Assembly (NCBI GenBank): GCA_019634005.1
Contig: JAHQWD010000002.1
Coordinates: 128,747-192,746, forward strand
DNA: 64,000 nt
Direction of reading: 5' to 3'
DNA from: Candidatus Kaiserbacteria bacterium
GTDB taxonomy: Bacteria; Patescibacteriota; Minisyncoccia; Phycocordibacterales; UBA918
This document shows, piece after piece, positions 9,543-18,415 of this stretch; the stretch's first letter is position 1; every line of letters starts with the position of its first letter. A program made the translations under genes and the position numbers. The notes beneath the pieces were generated by a model. That model was not told where the DNA came from and searched no databases. It saw only the letters and a program-made list of their open reading frames with translations.

Positions 9543-9884
9543 CTATTTTCCCGCAAGTGCATAGAGGAGTCTCCGACTATTATCGATGTGTCGAAGGATC
9601 TTTCGATGGGTTTCGATACTCCTCTTGCGGAGTTCTGGGATTGAGGATATTTGGGACACGTAGCCTTCGGATGTTTTCAGCTCCTCTCTCAAAACAATTC
9701 CGTTTTGAAGAATCGCCGCAACCAGCCCGTGGCAGAACATATCCGCTGTCTCTGCACAGGCCGTTGCCTCAAACTCCAGGGCGTCTGTCTCGAGTTTTTC
9801 GAGAAGCTGCTCATACTTCGAGTATTCTACAGCTTGTACTGGAGTACAGCAGATAAAGAACATGATACTTACTATGACTTTCAT
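9543..9884 (-). CDS. Hypothetical secreted protein (orphan)
   Basis: 113 aa, signal peptide ending VQA, strong SD AAGGAGGTGAT. Confidence 0.65.
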   Translation of the reverse strand: MKVIVSIMFFICCTPVQAVEYSKYEQLLEKLETDALEFEATACAETADMFCHGLVAAILQNGIVLREELKTSEGYVSQISSIPELRKRSIETHRKILRHIDNSRRLLYALAGK

Positions 9885-9973
9885 TTATATCACCTCCTTC
9901 CATAGTAGTTGATCCCAGTCTGCCATATATATTTTTAAATGCAAAGAGACGCCCGGTAAGGCATCTCTTCGTT

Positions 9974-10048
9974 TGGTGCTCTCGCCAGGAGTCGAACCTG
10001 GAGCACTGGTACCGCAAACCAGTATTTTATCCATTAAACTACGAGAGC
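9974..10048 (-). tRNA. tRNA-Arg (anticodon GCG)
   Basis: GCTCTCG...CGAGAGC ACCA acceptor, anticodon arm CTGGT-TTGCGGT-ACCAG, T arm CCAGG-TTCGACT-CCTGG. Confidence 0.92.
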
Positions 10049-10067
10049 GTAGTGAGGACAGCATACC

Positions 10068-10544
10068 TCAAAAACCAAAAAATTCCAGTATCTGATGAGA
10101 CAGCGGTTCTTCAAGTTCTTCTTCAGGAAGACGAAGAGAAATAACGTCCTCAATCTCGTCTATATATTCTTCTGGAATAGGGAGGATAAGGAGTGGAGCA
10201 AACGTCTTTCGGTTTCGAAGAAGTAATTGCGGACCGTGTCGGTTCTCTACATCAAGTGCGTATCCTGCAAGTGTTGCGTATGGATAGAGATCTCCGTCGA
10301 TACGGACACCGCGAGCTGTTATTGCAAAGGGAATAGTGTGTGGATCGCGAAGCGCATGAGTAACAAGCGCCACTGCACCGAAGATGATAACAAGGCCAAA
10401 TAGAATGTTTCCAAAAATAAAAGCCGCCGCCGCGCTCGCGATGGTAAGGAGTCCGACAACCCAAAACCAATCGGTGGTCTTTTCAATATGAGCGTGCTCT
10501 GGCGCTTCCCATGTAATGGATTGGATAACCTCTTCTGTTGCCAT
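10068..10544 (-). CDS. Conserved CPR membrane protein (two TM plus PH-like C-terminal region)
   Basis: ITWEAPEH..EKTTDWFW, two TM helices; family recognised from memory. Confidence 0.7.
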   Translation of the reverse strand: MATEEVIQSITWEAPEHAHIEKTTDWFWVVGLLTIASAAAAFIFGNILFGLVIIFGAVALVTHALRDPHTIPFAITARGVRIDGDLYPYATLAGYALDVENRHGPQLLLRNRKTFAPLLILPIPEEYIDEIEDVISLRLPEEELEEPLSHQILEFFGF

Positions 10545-10568
10545 ATAGAAGATTGTAGCACGGAGAAC

Positions 10569-11366
10569 TTATCGTCGTGCAAAGAGGGTCGTTAACAAAA
10601 AGAGGAAGAGTGCAACAAGGACGATAACTCCTCCAGTTGCGAGATCGAAATAGAATGAAAGAAGCATACCTGAGGTAACAGAAAAGAGGGATACAAACTC
10701 TGCGTAGAGTAGTGTGCGTAAAAAACTCTGCTTTAGTTGGAGTGCGGCAAGTACAGGTATGACAATGAGTGCGGAGATAAGAAGGATCCCCACTACAGGA
10801 ATAGCAAGAGAGATAGTGACTGCCGCAAGGATAATGAGGACGGTATTTAGTAGTCCAACAGGGATGCCAGAGACACGAGCATATTCCTCGTCAAACGCTA
10901 TCGCGATTAGTTCTTTGTAGAAAATGAGTACGAGCACCGCTACGACAACGGCGAGAACGGCAATGACGTAGATGTCAGTTTGGGTCACGGTTACAATACT
11001 CCCAAAGAGATAGTTAAAAAGGTTTGAGGTAAACCCTTTTCCAAGAGAAAGCAGTACGGTCGCGATGGCAAGACTCCCTGAGAGAAAGAGTGCAAGTGCA
11101 GATTCTCCGTAGAGACGTTTTGTTGCACGAAGTCGTTCAAGGCCAAGTGACGACAATACCGTGACACCAAGTGCGGTGAAGAAAGGATTCATGTTTGCAA
11201 GAAGACCCACAGCGATACCCGCAAGAGAGGCGTGTGCGAGCGTGTCGGCAATAAGGGAATACCGACGAAGTACGAGAAAGATGCCGATAAGGGGTGCAAT
11301 GAAACCGACAATGAGTCCTGCCTCAAATCCACGAACGATAAAACTATAGGTGAAGATCTCAAACAT
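10569..11366 (-). CDS. znuB: Zn/Mn ABC transporter permease
   Basis: LVLRRYSLIADTLAHASLAG, YLFGSI, FDEEYARVSG (ABC-3 family). Confidence 0.9.
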   Translation of the reverse strand: MFEIFTYSFIVRGFEAGLIVGFIAPLIGIFLVLRRYSLIADTLAHASLAGIAVGLLANMNPFFTALGVTVLSSLGLERLRATKRLYGESALALFLSGSLAIATVLLSLGKGFTSNLFNYLFGSIVTVTQTDIYVIAVLAVVVAVLVLIFYKELIAIAFDEEYARVSGIPVGLLNTVLIILAAVTISLAIPVVGILLISALIVIPVLAALQLKQSFLRTLLYAEFVSLFSVTSGMLLSFYFDLATGGVIVLVALFLFLLTTLFARR

Positions 11367-11369
11367 AGA

Positions 11370-12089
11370 TTAATGGTGATGTGCTTGTATGCCGTATTCT
11401 TCTGGCGTTTCATGAAAGAAGACGGTGCAATCGACGCAAGCAATATGCATCGCTTCATGGGCAACAGACTCAAGATCATGAGTAACCAACACCACAGTCA
11501 ATTCCAACTCCTCGTTTAGTTTCTTGATTAGTGCATAGAACTCTTCTCGAATCTCCTGTTCTACTCCCACGGTTGGCTCATCGAGGAAGAGTACTTCTGG
11601 ACGACCAGCAAGGGCTCGGGCGATAAAGACACGTTGTTGCTGTCCACCAGAAAGCGATCCAATTTGCCGATCACGATACGCTTCCATATCAACAGCAGCA
11701 AGCGCATCGGTGACTGCGGCCATATCTCGCTCATCGGTTGTGCGAAAGAGTCCACGCCCATGTCGCCCCATCAGCACAACTTCTTCGACTGTAGCAGGGA
11801 AGGAGGGGTCGAACGAAGTTGCTTTTTGTGGCACATACCCAATACGGGCATGTTCTGTAAACTTCCGAATATCTTGTCCAAAAAGACGAACGGTACCGTT
11901 CGTTGGTTTCATCAAGCCTAAAATAATTTTCAGGAGTGTTGTTTTTCCAGAACCATTGCGTCCTACGATAGCAAGGTAGTCTCCTTTGTGGATTGAGAAA
12001 GAGACATCATGAAGCACCTCATATTCTCCGTAGGAGAATGAGATATTTTCAAGTTCAATAATATTTTCCGAGTGATCAACTGCAGGCAT
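11370..12089 (-). CDS. znuC: Zn/Mn ABC transporter ATPase
   Basis: Walker A GRNGSGKTT, LSGGQQQRV, LDEPT, C-terminal His residues. Confidence 0.9.
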   Translation of the reverse strand: MPAVDHSENIIELENISFSYGEYEVLHDVSFSIHKGDYLAIVGRNGSGKTTLLKIILGLMKPTNGTVRLFGQDIRKFTEHARIGYVPQKATSFDPSFPATVEEVVLMGRHGRGLFRTTDERDMAAVTDALAAVDMEAYRDRQIGSLSGGQQQRVFIARALAGRPEVLFLDEPTVGVEQEIREEFYALIKKLNEELELTVVLVTHDLESVAHEAMHIACVDCTVFFHETPEEYGIQAHHH

Positions 12090-12091
12090 GC

Positions 12092-13096
12092 CTATAGTGT
12101 ACACCCAAGGGCCTCAGTGAGACTATCGAGGTTTGCGTACATCACTGTAAAATATGTTTCACCATGATCCTGCTCTTCCGCAGTGAGTCCTCCGAGTGGA
12201 TTGAGCACCAATGTCTCTGCACCGATTTCTTGTGCAAGTGTTTCTGCGAGACGAGGGGATACCAGTGTCTCAAAGAATACGTGAGTTACCCCATGCTCTT
12301 CTGCAAATGTACTGATCTCTGCAAGGTCTGCAGCCGATGGTTCCGCTTCTGGCGAGAGACCGCTAATAGGAAGTTGTTCGAGTTCGTATGCTTCTGCTAG
12401 ATACCAGAAGGCGTCATGTGAGGTTACGATAGTCCGTGAGGTACATACAGAGAGTGCATTGCGGTAGTCTGCATCAAGCGTCTGCAGTTTTGCGATAAGT
12501 GCACTGGCATTTTCTCGATAGATAGACTCATGCGCAGGATCAGCCAGTACGAACCCTTTCACAATTTCTTCCACCATGAGCATTGCTTTCTCTGGAGAAA
12601 GCCAGACGTGCGGATCAAGTCCTTCGTGGTGATGTTCTTCCTCCTCATGCTCGTCTTCATGATCGTGATCCTCATGTTCATCATGATCTTCTTCGTGCTC
12701 GTGCATTTCGTCTTCGTGATGTTCCTCCTCCTCAAATTCCCGAGTCATGAAGTCTTCACCTGCAAGTACGATGACAATCTCGTCAGCAGAAAGATTTTCG
12801 AGTACATCATGTTCCCATGGCTCAAAGCCACCGCCGTTAAGAATCAATACATCGCTCTTCTCCATAGTAATGATGTCCCGTGGAGTAGGTTCATATTCAT
12901 GTGGTTCTGCTCCCGCAGGAACAACATTGTGTATATCTGCATATTCGCCACCAATCTCAGAGGCAAAGAAATAGAGGGGATAAAAACTAGTGACCACAGA
13001 AAGTTCGTCGGTATGTTCGGTAGGAGTATCCATATACGACGCTACCCCAAAACCGATAACAAGCACGACAACAAGAAATATAAGTATGTTTTTCAT
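12092..13096 (-). CDS. znuA: Zn ABC transporter substrate-binding protein with His/Glu-rich loop
   Basis: GAEPHEYEP, long H/E/D loop, DPHVWLSP, SHDAF. Confidence 0.9.
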   Translation of the reverse strand: MKNILIFLVVVLVIGFGVASYMDTPTEHTDELSVVTSFYPLYFFASEIGGEYADIHNVVPAGAEPHEYEPTPRDIITMEKSDVLILNGGGFEPWEHDVLENLSADEIVIVLAGEDFMTREFEEEEHHEDEMHEHEEDHDEHEDHDHEDEHEEEEHHHEGLDPHVWLSPEKAMLMVEEIVKGFVLADPAHESIYRENASALIAKLQTLDADYRNALSVCTSRTIVTSHDAFWYLAEAYELEQLPISGLSPEAEPSAADLAEISTFAEEHGVTHVFFETLVSPRLAETLAQEIGAETLVLNPLGGLTAEEQDHGETYFTVMYANLDSLTEALGCTL

Positions 13097-13099
13097 AGA

Positions 13100-13507
13100 T
13101 TAACTACATGATTTACAAAGCCCGAAGAACTCCAGGGAGTGCCCAGTAATGGATGCGAACCCTCGTGCCTCTTTGAGTGCATCGCGAGAGAGTAACTCCT
13201 CGTGACATGAGGATACATCTGCAATTTTATGGCACGAGGTGCAGACAACATGATGATGTCCGTGACCATCAGGGGCAAGTTCATAGGAGATACTTCCCGT
13301 TCCAAGATTCACTTCCTTCACGATTCCTGCTCCTTTTGCTGCATCAATGATGCGGTATACCGTCACAGGATCAACAACGGCACCCAGTTTTTCTGCAATC
13401 TCTGAGATAGAGATAGGCACACGTTGTTGCTCGAGAAATGAAAGGACTGCAATACGTGACTTTGTCGCGCGAAGTCCAGAGTCTCTAAGAAGGGAAACAA
13501 TATCCAT
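13100..13507 (-). CDS. Fur-family repressor (Zur-like)
   Basis: GLRATKSRIAVL, VTVYR, HHHVVCTSC, FFGLCKSC; heads the znu operon. Confidence 0.88.
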   Translation of the reverse strand: MDIVSLLRDSGLRATKSRIAVLSFLEQQRVPISISEIAEKLGAVVDPVTVYRIIDAAKGAGIVKEVNLGTGSISYELAPDGHGHHHVVCTSCHKIADVSSCHEELLSRDALKEARGFASITGHSLEFFGLCKSCS

Positions 13508-13514
13508 AATCGGA

Positions 13515-13553
13515 GTGTATAGTACCTGCAAAAAAATTGCAAGTACTATACAC
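13515..13553. promoter_or_regulatory. 39-bp inverted repeat, candidate Zur/Fur operator overlapping promoter
   Basis: GTGTATAGTAC-C-TGCAA-N5-TTGCA-A-GTACTATACAC just upstream of the regulator start. Confidence 0.65.
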
Positions 13554-13629
13554 AGGGTAATGTTAAGTCTGCTTGACATGTCCGAAGTGAACGCTATCAT
13601 AGAGTCATTAGTGATAAGCACATATATCT

Positions 13630-14217
13630 ATGAAAGGTTTTGGAACAGTGGGGTGGATTATTCTTGTGGCAGTTATCCTTGGAGGAGGATACGCACTTAC
13701 TATGAACTCTAGTGAAGAGAAGATGGAGTCCATGGAGCATGATTCTATGATGGAGGAGGACGCTATGATGTCTGAAGAAGACAGCATGATGATGGAGAAA
13801 GAAGACGCAATGATGGAAGATGGTTCCATGATGATGGCAAAGTACGAAGGAGCGGTGCTTGCGGGAGGAGAGTCACCACTTCTTGATTTTGTGCAGTCAG
13901 ACTATGAGAAAGCACTCGCAAGTGACAAATTGGTGGTGCTGTATTTCTACGCAACATGGTGTCCATTTTGTAGGGAAGAGGCGGGAAATGCACTCGAGCC
14001 AGCATTCAGCGAACTTGAAGGGGATGATGTCATTGGCTTCCGCGTGAACTATAATGATGGAGATACGGATGAGTACGAAAAAGCACTGGCACGAGAGCAT
14101 GGGATTGCATACCAGCACACAAAAGTCTTTATTAAAAATGGTGAGCGTATCCTCAAAGCACCCGATACCTGGGATAAAGAGCGGTATCACACTGAGATAA
14201 CAAACGCACTCAAGTAA
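13630..14217 (+). CDS. Membrane-anchored thioredoxin-like protein with Met-rich linker
   Basis: N-terminal TM, Met/Glu-rich linker, FYATWCPFC. Confidence 0.85.
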   Translation: MKGFGTVGWIILVAVILGGGYALTMNSSEEKMESMEHDSMMEEDAMMSEEDSMMMEKEDAMMEDGSMMMAKYEGAVLAGGESPLLDFVQSDYEKALASDKLVVLYFYATWCPFCREEAGNALEPAFSELEGDDVIGFRVNYNDGDTDEYEKALAREHGIAYQHTKVFIKNGERILKAPDTWDKERYHTEITNALK

Positions 14218-14219
14218 CT

Positions 14220-14924
14220 ATGACCACAAGTCTTATCATTGGAGCATTCATCGGCGGGCTGGTTTCCTTCCTTGCCCCCTGCGTGCTCCCACTCATTCCA
14301 GGATTCCTTGCGTACCTTGCGGGGAGCAACACTGACGCAACGGGGAGGGGGCAGCGAGAGATATTCATCAACAGTGTCTTCTTTGTCCTTGGGTTCTCTA
14401 TAGTCTTTGCACTCCTTGGGGTACTTCTCAACACCATCCTTGAGAGTATTGCATACGATGTGCAGATATGGCTGTCTCGTATTGGGGGTGCACTCATTAT
14501 CTTCTTTGGGCTCTACCTCGTGGGACTAATCCGCATTCCATTCCTCGAGCGAGAGCATAAGATGAGCGTTAAGACAAAGTTCTCTTCACGGTATCTTACG
14601 TCACTTCTCTTTGGATTTGCGTTTGCAGCAGGCTGGACACCGTGTGTCGGTCCTGCGCTTGGAGTGATTCTTGGGCTTGCAGCAACGCAGCCAGGAAGTG
14701 CATTTCTCCTTCTCTTCACCTATTCCCTTGGACTCGGTATCCCATTCCTTATTGTTGGTGCGTTTACGGGTAAGGCGACAGCGTTTATTACTCGTCACGC
14801 ACGTGCACTCAAAATCGTGAACATCATATTTGGCGCAATTCTCCTTGCACTCGGTGTCCTCATCTTTACAAACAAACTCGCACTTATTGCGAACTTCGAG
14901 TTCCTTAATAACTTCCTTATCTAA
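14220..14924 (+). CDS. ccdA: Cytochrome c biogenesis/DsbD TM-domain protein
   Basis: SFLAPCVLPLIPG and GWTPCVGP motifs. Confidence 0.9.
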   Translation: MTTSLIIGAFIGGLVSFLAPCVLPLIPGFLAYLAGSNTDATGRGQREIFINSVFFVLGFSIVFALLGVLLNTILESIAYDVQIWLSRIGGALIIFFGLYLVGLIRIPFLEREHKMSVKTKFSSRYLTSLLFGFAFAAGWTPCVGPALGVILGLAATQPGSAFLLLFTYSLGLGIPFLIVGAFTGKATAFITRHARALKIVNIIFGAILLALGVLIFTNKLALIANFEFLNNFLI

Positions 14925-14926
14925 CT

Positions 14927-16006
14927 ATGCGACCGTATATTCTTGTAGCAGTACTGATTCTGATTGGTGGAGCAATCTGGTTTCTTGAAAGCCAGAGTTC
15001 TGACAGAACATCACTCGCGGATGTCGTGTCACTGACACCACGGACGCTCGATTCTGAAGAAAAGGCGAAGATATATCCAACAGCAAAGGAGATCACCTCT
15101 CCTGATGGCTTCATCAATACCGATGAAATCGCTATTGGAGACCTGATTGGAAAGAAGGTTATTCTTGTAGATTTCTGGACGTACAGTTGTATCAACTGTC
15201 AGCGGACATTCCCGTATCTCAATAGTTGGTATGAGAAGTACAAAGATCAAGGACTTGAAATTGTGGGTATTCACACACCAGAGTTTGAGTTTGAAAAGAA
15301 GTACGAGAATGTGCTTGCGGCAACTGAGCGGTTCGACATTAATTTCCCCGTGGTGCTTGATAACGACTTTTCTACCTGGACTGCATACCAGAATCGGTAC
15401 TGGCCTCGGAAGTACCTGATCGACATAGATGGGTACATCGTCTATGACCATATCGGGGAGGGGGCATATGAAGAAACTGAGAAGAAGATTCAGGAATTAT
15501 TGAAGGAGCGCATGGAAGTGCTCGGAGAGGAAGGAGAAATTGTTGGAGATCTCACCGAAGAAGTCACCAAAGCATCTCGTCCAGACAGTCCAGAAATATA
15601 TTTCGGTGCGTGGCGGAATGAGCATTTCGGAAGTGGACCCCAAAATGCAGTTGGGTCTCAGTCTTTCTATGCACCGGAGGAAGTGAAGTTAAATACACTC
15701 TACTTTGATGGTGTCTGGAGTATTACGGAAGAATATTCGGAAAATGTCACTGCTGGTGGGAAGATTATCTTCCGCTTTAAGGCGAGTGAAGTGAACTTCG
15801 TTGCGGGTGCAGAGACTCCTGTGCGTGCGAAGGTGCTCGTTGATGGTGTTCCTGCAAATGGGCGCGACGTAGATGGGGAGGGGTATATCACGGTGGATGA
15901 GGAACAACTCTACAATCTCGTGTCTTCCGAGGAGAAAGAAGAACATACGATAGAAATTATTCCAGAGAGTCCAGGATTACAGGCGTTTACGTTTACCTTT
16001 GGGTAG
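14927..16006 (+). CDS. Redoxin with DipZ-like C-terminal domain
   Basis: VDFWTYSCINCQRT, GIHTPEFEFEK, NRYWP, QAFTFTFG. Confidence 0.88.
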   Translation: MRPYILVAVLILIGGAIWFLESQSSDRTSLADVVSLTPRTLDSEEKAKIYPTAKEITSPDGFINTDEIAIGDLIGKKVILVDFWTYSCINCQRTFPYLNSWYEKYKDQGLEIVGIHTPEFEFEKKYENVLAATERFDINFPVVLDNDFSTWTAYQNRYWPRKYLIDIDGYIVYDHIGEGAYEETEKKIQELLKERMEVLGEEGEIVGDLTEEVTKASRPDSPEIYFGAWRNEHFGSGPQNAVGSQSFYAPEEVKLNTLYFDGVWSITEEYSENVTAGGKIIFRFKASEVNFVAGAETPVRAKVLVDGVPANGRDVDGEGYITVDEEQLYNLVSSEEKEEHTIEIIPESPGLQAFTFTFG

Positions 16007-16048
16007 AGAGATGTATACTAGACCTGTATTGATAAGCATATATTTTCT

Positions 16049-16375
16049 ATGAAAAAATATTTAGCAGTCTTCGTTGCACCACCTGAGGCGTATGACAAGA
16101 TGAAGTCAATGTCTCCCGAAGATTCTAAAGCGGAGATGGATCAATGGAATGTGTGGATGGAAGCACATAAGGAACATGTTGTTGATCCAGGAGCACCAGT
16201 TGGATCTGCAAAGCGAGTCAATAGTGAAGGTGTTACTGACATGCGGAACACTATCGGTGGCTACATGATTGTTCAAGCAGAGACGCATGAGGAAGCGGCA
16301 CGTATCTTTGAGGATAGTCCAAGTCATGGAATGGAGGACGGAGCGATTGATGTGATGGAGATTGTAGAGATGTAA
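16049..16375 (+). CDS. YCII-related (dimeric alpha/beta barrel) protein
   Basis: VDPGAPVG, IGGYMIVQAET; paralog of 26028-26354. Confidence 0.75.
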   Translation: MKKYLAVFVAPPEAYDKMKSMSPEDSKAEMDQWNVWMEAHKEHVVDPGAPVGSAKRVNSEGVTDMRNTIGGYMIVQAETHEEAARIFEDSPSHGMEDGAIDVMEIVEM

Positions 16376-16376
16376 A

Positions 16377-16412
16377 ACAAAAAACGCCCAAGTAAGGGCG
16401 TTTTTTGTTTTT
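16377..16412. terminator. Bidirectional terminator
   Basis: AAAAAACGCCC-AAGTAA-GGGCGTTTTTT. Confidence 0.8.
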
Positions 16413-16413
16413 G

Positions 16414-16496
16414 CGGAGGAGGTGGGACTCGAACCCACAAGCGGTTTCCCGCGACGGTTTTCAAGACCGCTCCGATACCATTCCGGGCACTCCTCC
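16414..16496 (-). tRNA. tRNA-Ser (anticodon TGA)
   Basis: GGAGGAG acceptor, arm GCGGT-CTTGAAA-ACCGT, long variable arm, GGTTCGAGTCC; CCA not encoded. Confidence 0.93.
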
Positions 16497-16521
16497 AAGG
16501 CTCACATACTACACTAATTCA

Positions 16522-16977
16522 TCATTTTTTTAAATAGTGTTCTTTCGCATGGCAGTTTGGGCATAAGAGTTCTAAATTGGAAAGAGAATTGTGGTCTCGG
16601 TTCCTATCTATGTGGTGGACTATCAGTATCTCTAAAAGGTCATAATTACAGCGTTCGCATTGTGCTCCTCGTTCTTTTACGATTCGAGCCTTCAAAGAAC
16701 GTTGGGTCTTTACGTTATCTTTAAGGCGTCCCGTTTTATATGAGATTCCAGCACGGTTTTTATTTGCGCACCGTCTACTGCACGTTTTCTTGTTTGCACT
16801 TGCGAGTATTGGTTTCTTACAGATGAGACAGGGGTGTTCTTTTCTCTGAGACTTTCCATAACAAGTCTGGCTGCAAAAAAGACCACGTGTACTTCTTTTT
16901 ATTTCTGCTGGACGACGATAGATCTCTTTTCCACAAACGGTGCACGTAGTATTAGGTTTTCTTCTATGCTCAGACAC
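16522..16977 (-). CDS. Free-standing HNH endonuclease with N-terminal zinc-finger repeats
   Basis: CxxC...FCSxxC units; CERC...VHHIDRNRDHNSLSNLELLCPNCHAKEH. Confidence 0.85.
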   Translation of the reverse strand: MSEHRRKPNTTCTVCGKEIYRRPAEIKRSTRGLFCSQTCYGKSQRKEHPCLICKKPILASANKKTCSRRCANKNRAGISYKTGRLKDNVKTQRSLKARIVKERGAQCERCNYDLLEILIVHHIDRNRDHNSLSNLELLCPNCHAKEHYLKK

Positions 16978-17018
16978 TAACCCATTATACCAGAAGGAAA
17001 ATATGCTATGCTTTCTCC

Positions 17019-17393
17019 ATGCGATACATGGGTATAGATTATGGAAGAAAACGTGTTGGCATAGCGCTTTCTAACGAAAATGGAGACATGGGATTTCCGT
17101 ACCAAGTGTTTCCAAATGACGAGCGCCTGCTTCAAGAAATAGAGTCACTCGTTAAAGAGCGTGAGGTAGGGGAAATTGTCATTGGACTCTCTGAAGGGAA
17201 TCCAATTCAAGAATCCATTGATGAGTTCGTACAGGATCTTACGCTTCACATCGGTATTCCCGTACATCTAGAGCCAGAGCAGTATTCCACGCAGGAGTCC
17301 GTGCGGTACCAGAAGAAAGGGGAAATGACCGATGCCAGTGCTGCTGCTGTTATTTTAAATAGTTTTTTAACCAGAAAGAAACATACATCATGA
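17019..17393 (+). CDS. ruvX: YqgF/RuvX family nuclease (pre-16S rRNA processing)
   Basis: MGIDYGRKRVGIALS, EQYST, DASAAAVIL. Confidence 0.88.
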   Translation: MRYMGIDYGRKRVGIALSNENGDMGFPYQVFPNDERLLQEIESLVKEREVGEIVIGLSEGNPIQESIDEFVQDLTLHIGIPVHLEPEQYSTQESVRYQKKGEMTDASAAAVILNSFLTRKKHTS

Positions 17394-17716
17394 TTTCATA
17401 CGACGATTTTGCAAAGTTAGACATACGTATTGGTACTATTACCAATGTTGAGATTGTGGAGGACGCAGATAAACTTTTGAGACTCACGGTAGATACTGGG
17501 GAGGAAGGATCACGGCAAATTGTATCGGGCATTCGTACCTTTTTTGAAGACCCAGAGGTATTAGTAGGGAAGCAGTGTCCATTTCTTATTAATCTCGAGC
17601 CACGAACCATTCGAGGGCTTGAGAGCCAAGGGATGATTCTTGCTGGTGGAGACGGAGAAACATTTACACTTCTTCATCCACACAAAGAAGTTCCGGCAGG
17701 AACAGAGATTTCGTAA
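17390..17716 (+). CDS. tRNA-binding OB-fold protein (Trbp111 / MetRS C-terminal domain-like)
   Basis: ISYDDFAKLDIRIG, ADKLL, RQIVSGI, NLEPRTIRGLESQGMIL. Confidence 0.88.
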   Translation: MISYDDFAKLDIRIGTITNVEIVEDADKLLRLTVDTGEEGSRQIVSGIRTFFEDPEVLVGKQCPFLINLEPRTIRGLESQGMILAGGDGETFTLLHPHKEVPAGTEIS

Positions 17717-17718
17717 CT

Positions 17719-18288
17719 ATGGAAGAAAAATCACGCATTAGAAAAATACTGGAGAGTAAACATGTAGAGAAGGCGCTCGGACTCTTTTCTTTTGCAGAGT
17801 CCTCATTTCTTCCCGTGTTTGCAGACCCAGTGCTGATTGCAGTCGTTATTGCAAAACCGCTTCAGTGGATGCGACTCGCGTTTATTACAACCGTCACGTC
17901 GGTACTGGGGGGAGTGTTTGGGTACCTTATCGGCTACGTTTTTTTTGACACCATAGGGCAGGGACTCATCGCAACCTATGGTCTTGAAGAGGTTTTTGCG
18001 AAGACACAAAATATTTTTGATGGAAATGTGATCGTGTTTACCCTCATTGGAGCACTGACACCGCTTCCGTATAAATTAGTGGCAATTACAGGAGGACTTC
18101 TGAAGATAAACATGCTTCTTTTTATTCTCGCTTCTATTGCTGGTCGTGCGTTTCGTTTCTATGTTGTTGCATACGTTACGAAGACATTTGGGGAACAGGT
18201 ACTGCAGAAATTAACATGGCGTTTTTCTTTAGGGGCGACAGCGCTTCTCATTGGACTTACGGCGTACGCGGTACTATTGGTGGTCTAA
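17719..18288 (+). CDS. YqaA/DedA (SNARE-associated) membrane protein
   Basis: FSFAESSFLP, SVLGGVFGYLIG, LTPLPYK, GRAFRF. Confidence 0.85.
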   Translation: MEEKSRIRKILESKHVEKALGLFSFAESSFLPVFADPVLIAVVIAKPLQWMRLAFITTVTSVLGGVFGYLIGYVFFDTIGQGLIATYGLEEVFAKTQNIFDGNVIVFTLIGALTPLPYKLVAITGGLLKINMLLFILASIAGRAFRFYVVAYVTKTFGEQVLQKLTWRFSLGATALLIGLTAYAVLLVV

Positions 18289-18315
18289 CTACGTAAAATG
18301 TGGTTTTATAGGGAT

Positions 18316-18387
18316 GCCCCTATAGTTTAATGGATAGAACAGGAGACTTCTAAGCTCTTGGTGTGGGTTCGATTCCTGCTGGGGGCG
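18316..18387 (+). tRNA. tRNA-Arg (anticodon TCT)
   Basis: GCCCCTA...TGGGGGC G acceptor, loop CTTCTAA, GGTTCGATTCC; one mismatch in the anticodon stem. Confidence 0.88.
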
Positions 18388-18415
18388 CAGCGAATATGTG
18401 CTACACTTTGCACAT

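Noticed and set aside
12620-12735. Low-complexity CAT/GAA-rich tract
   Set aside because: Ordinary His/Glu loop of ZnuA.
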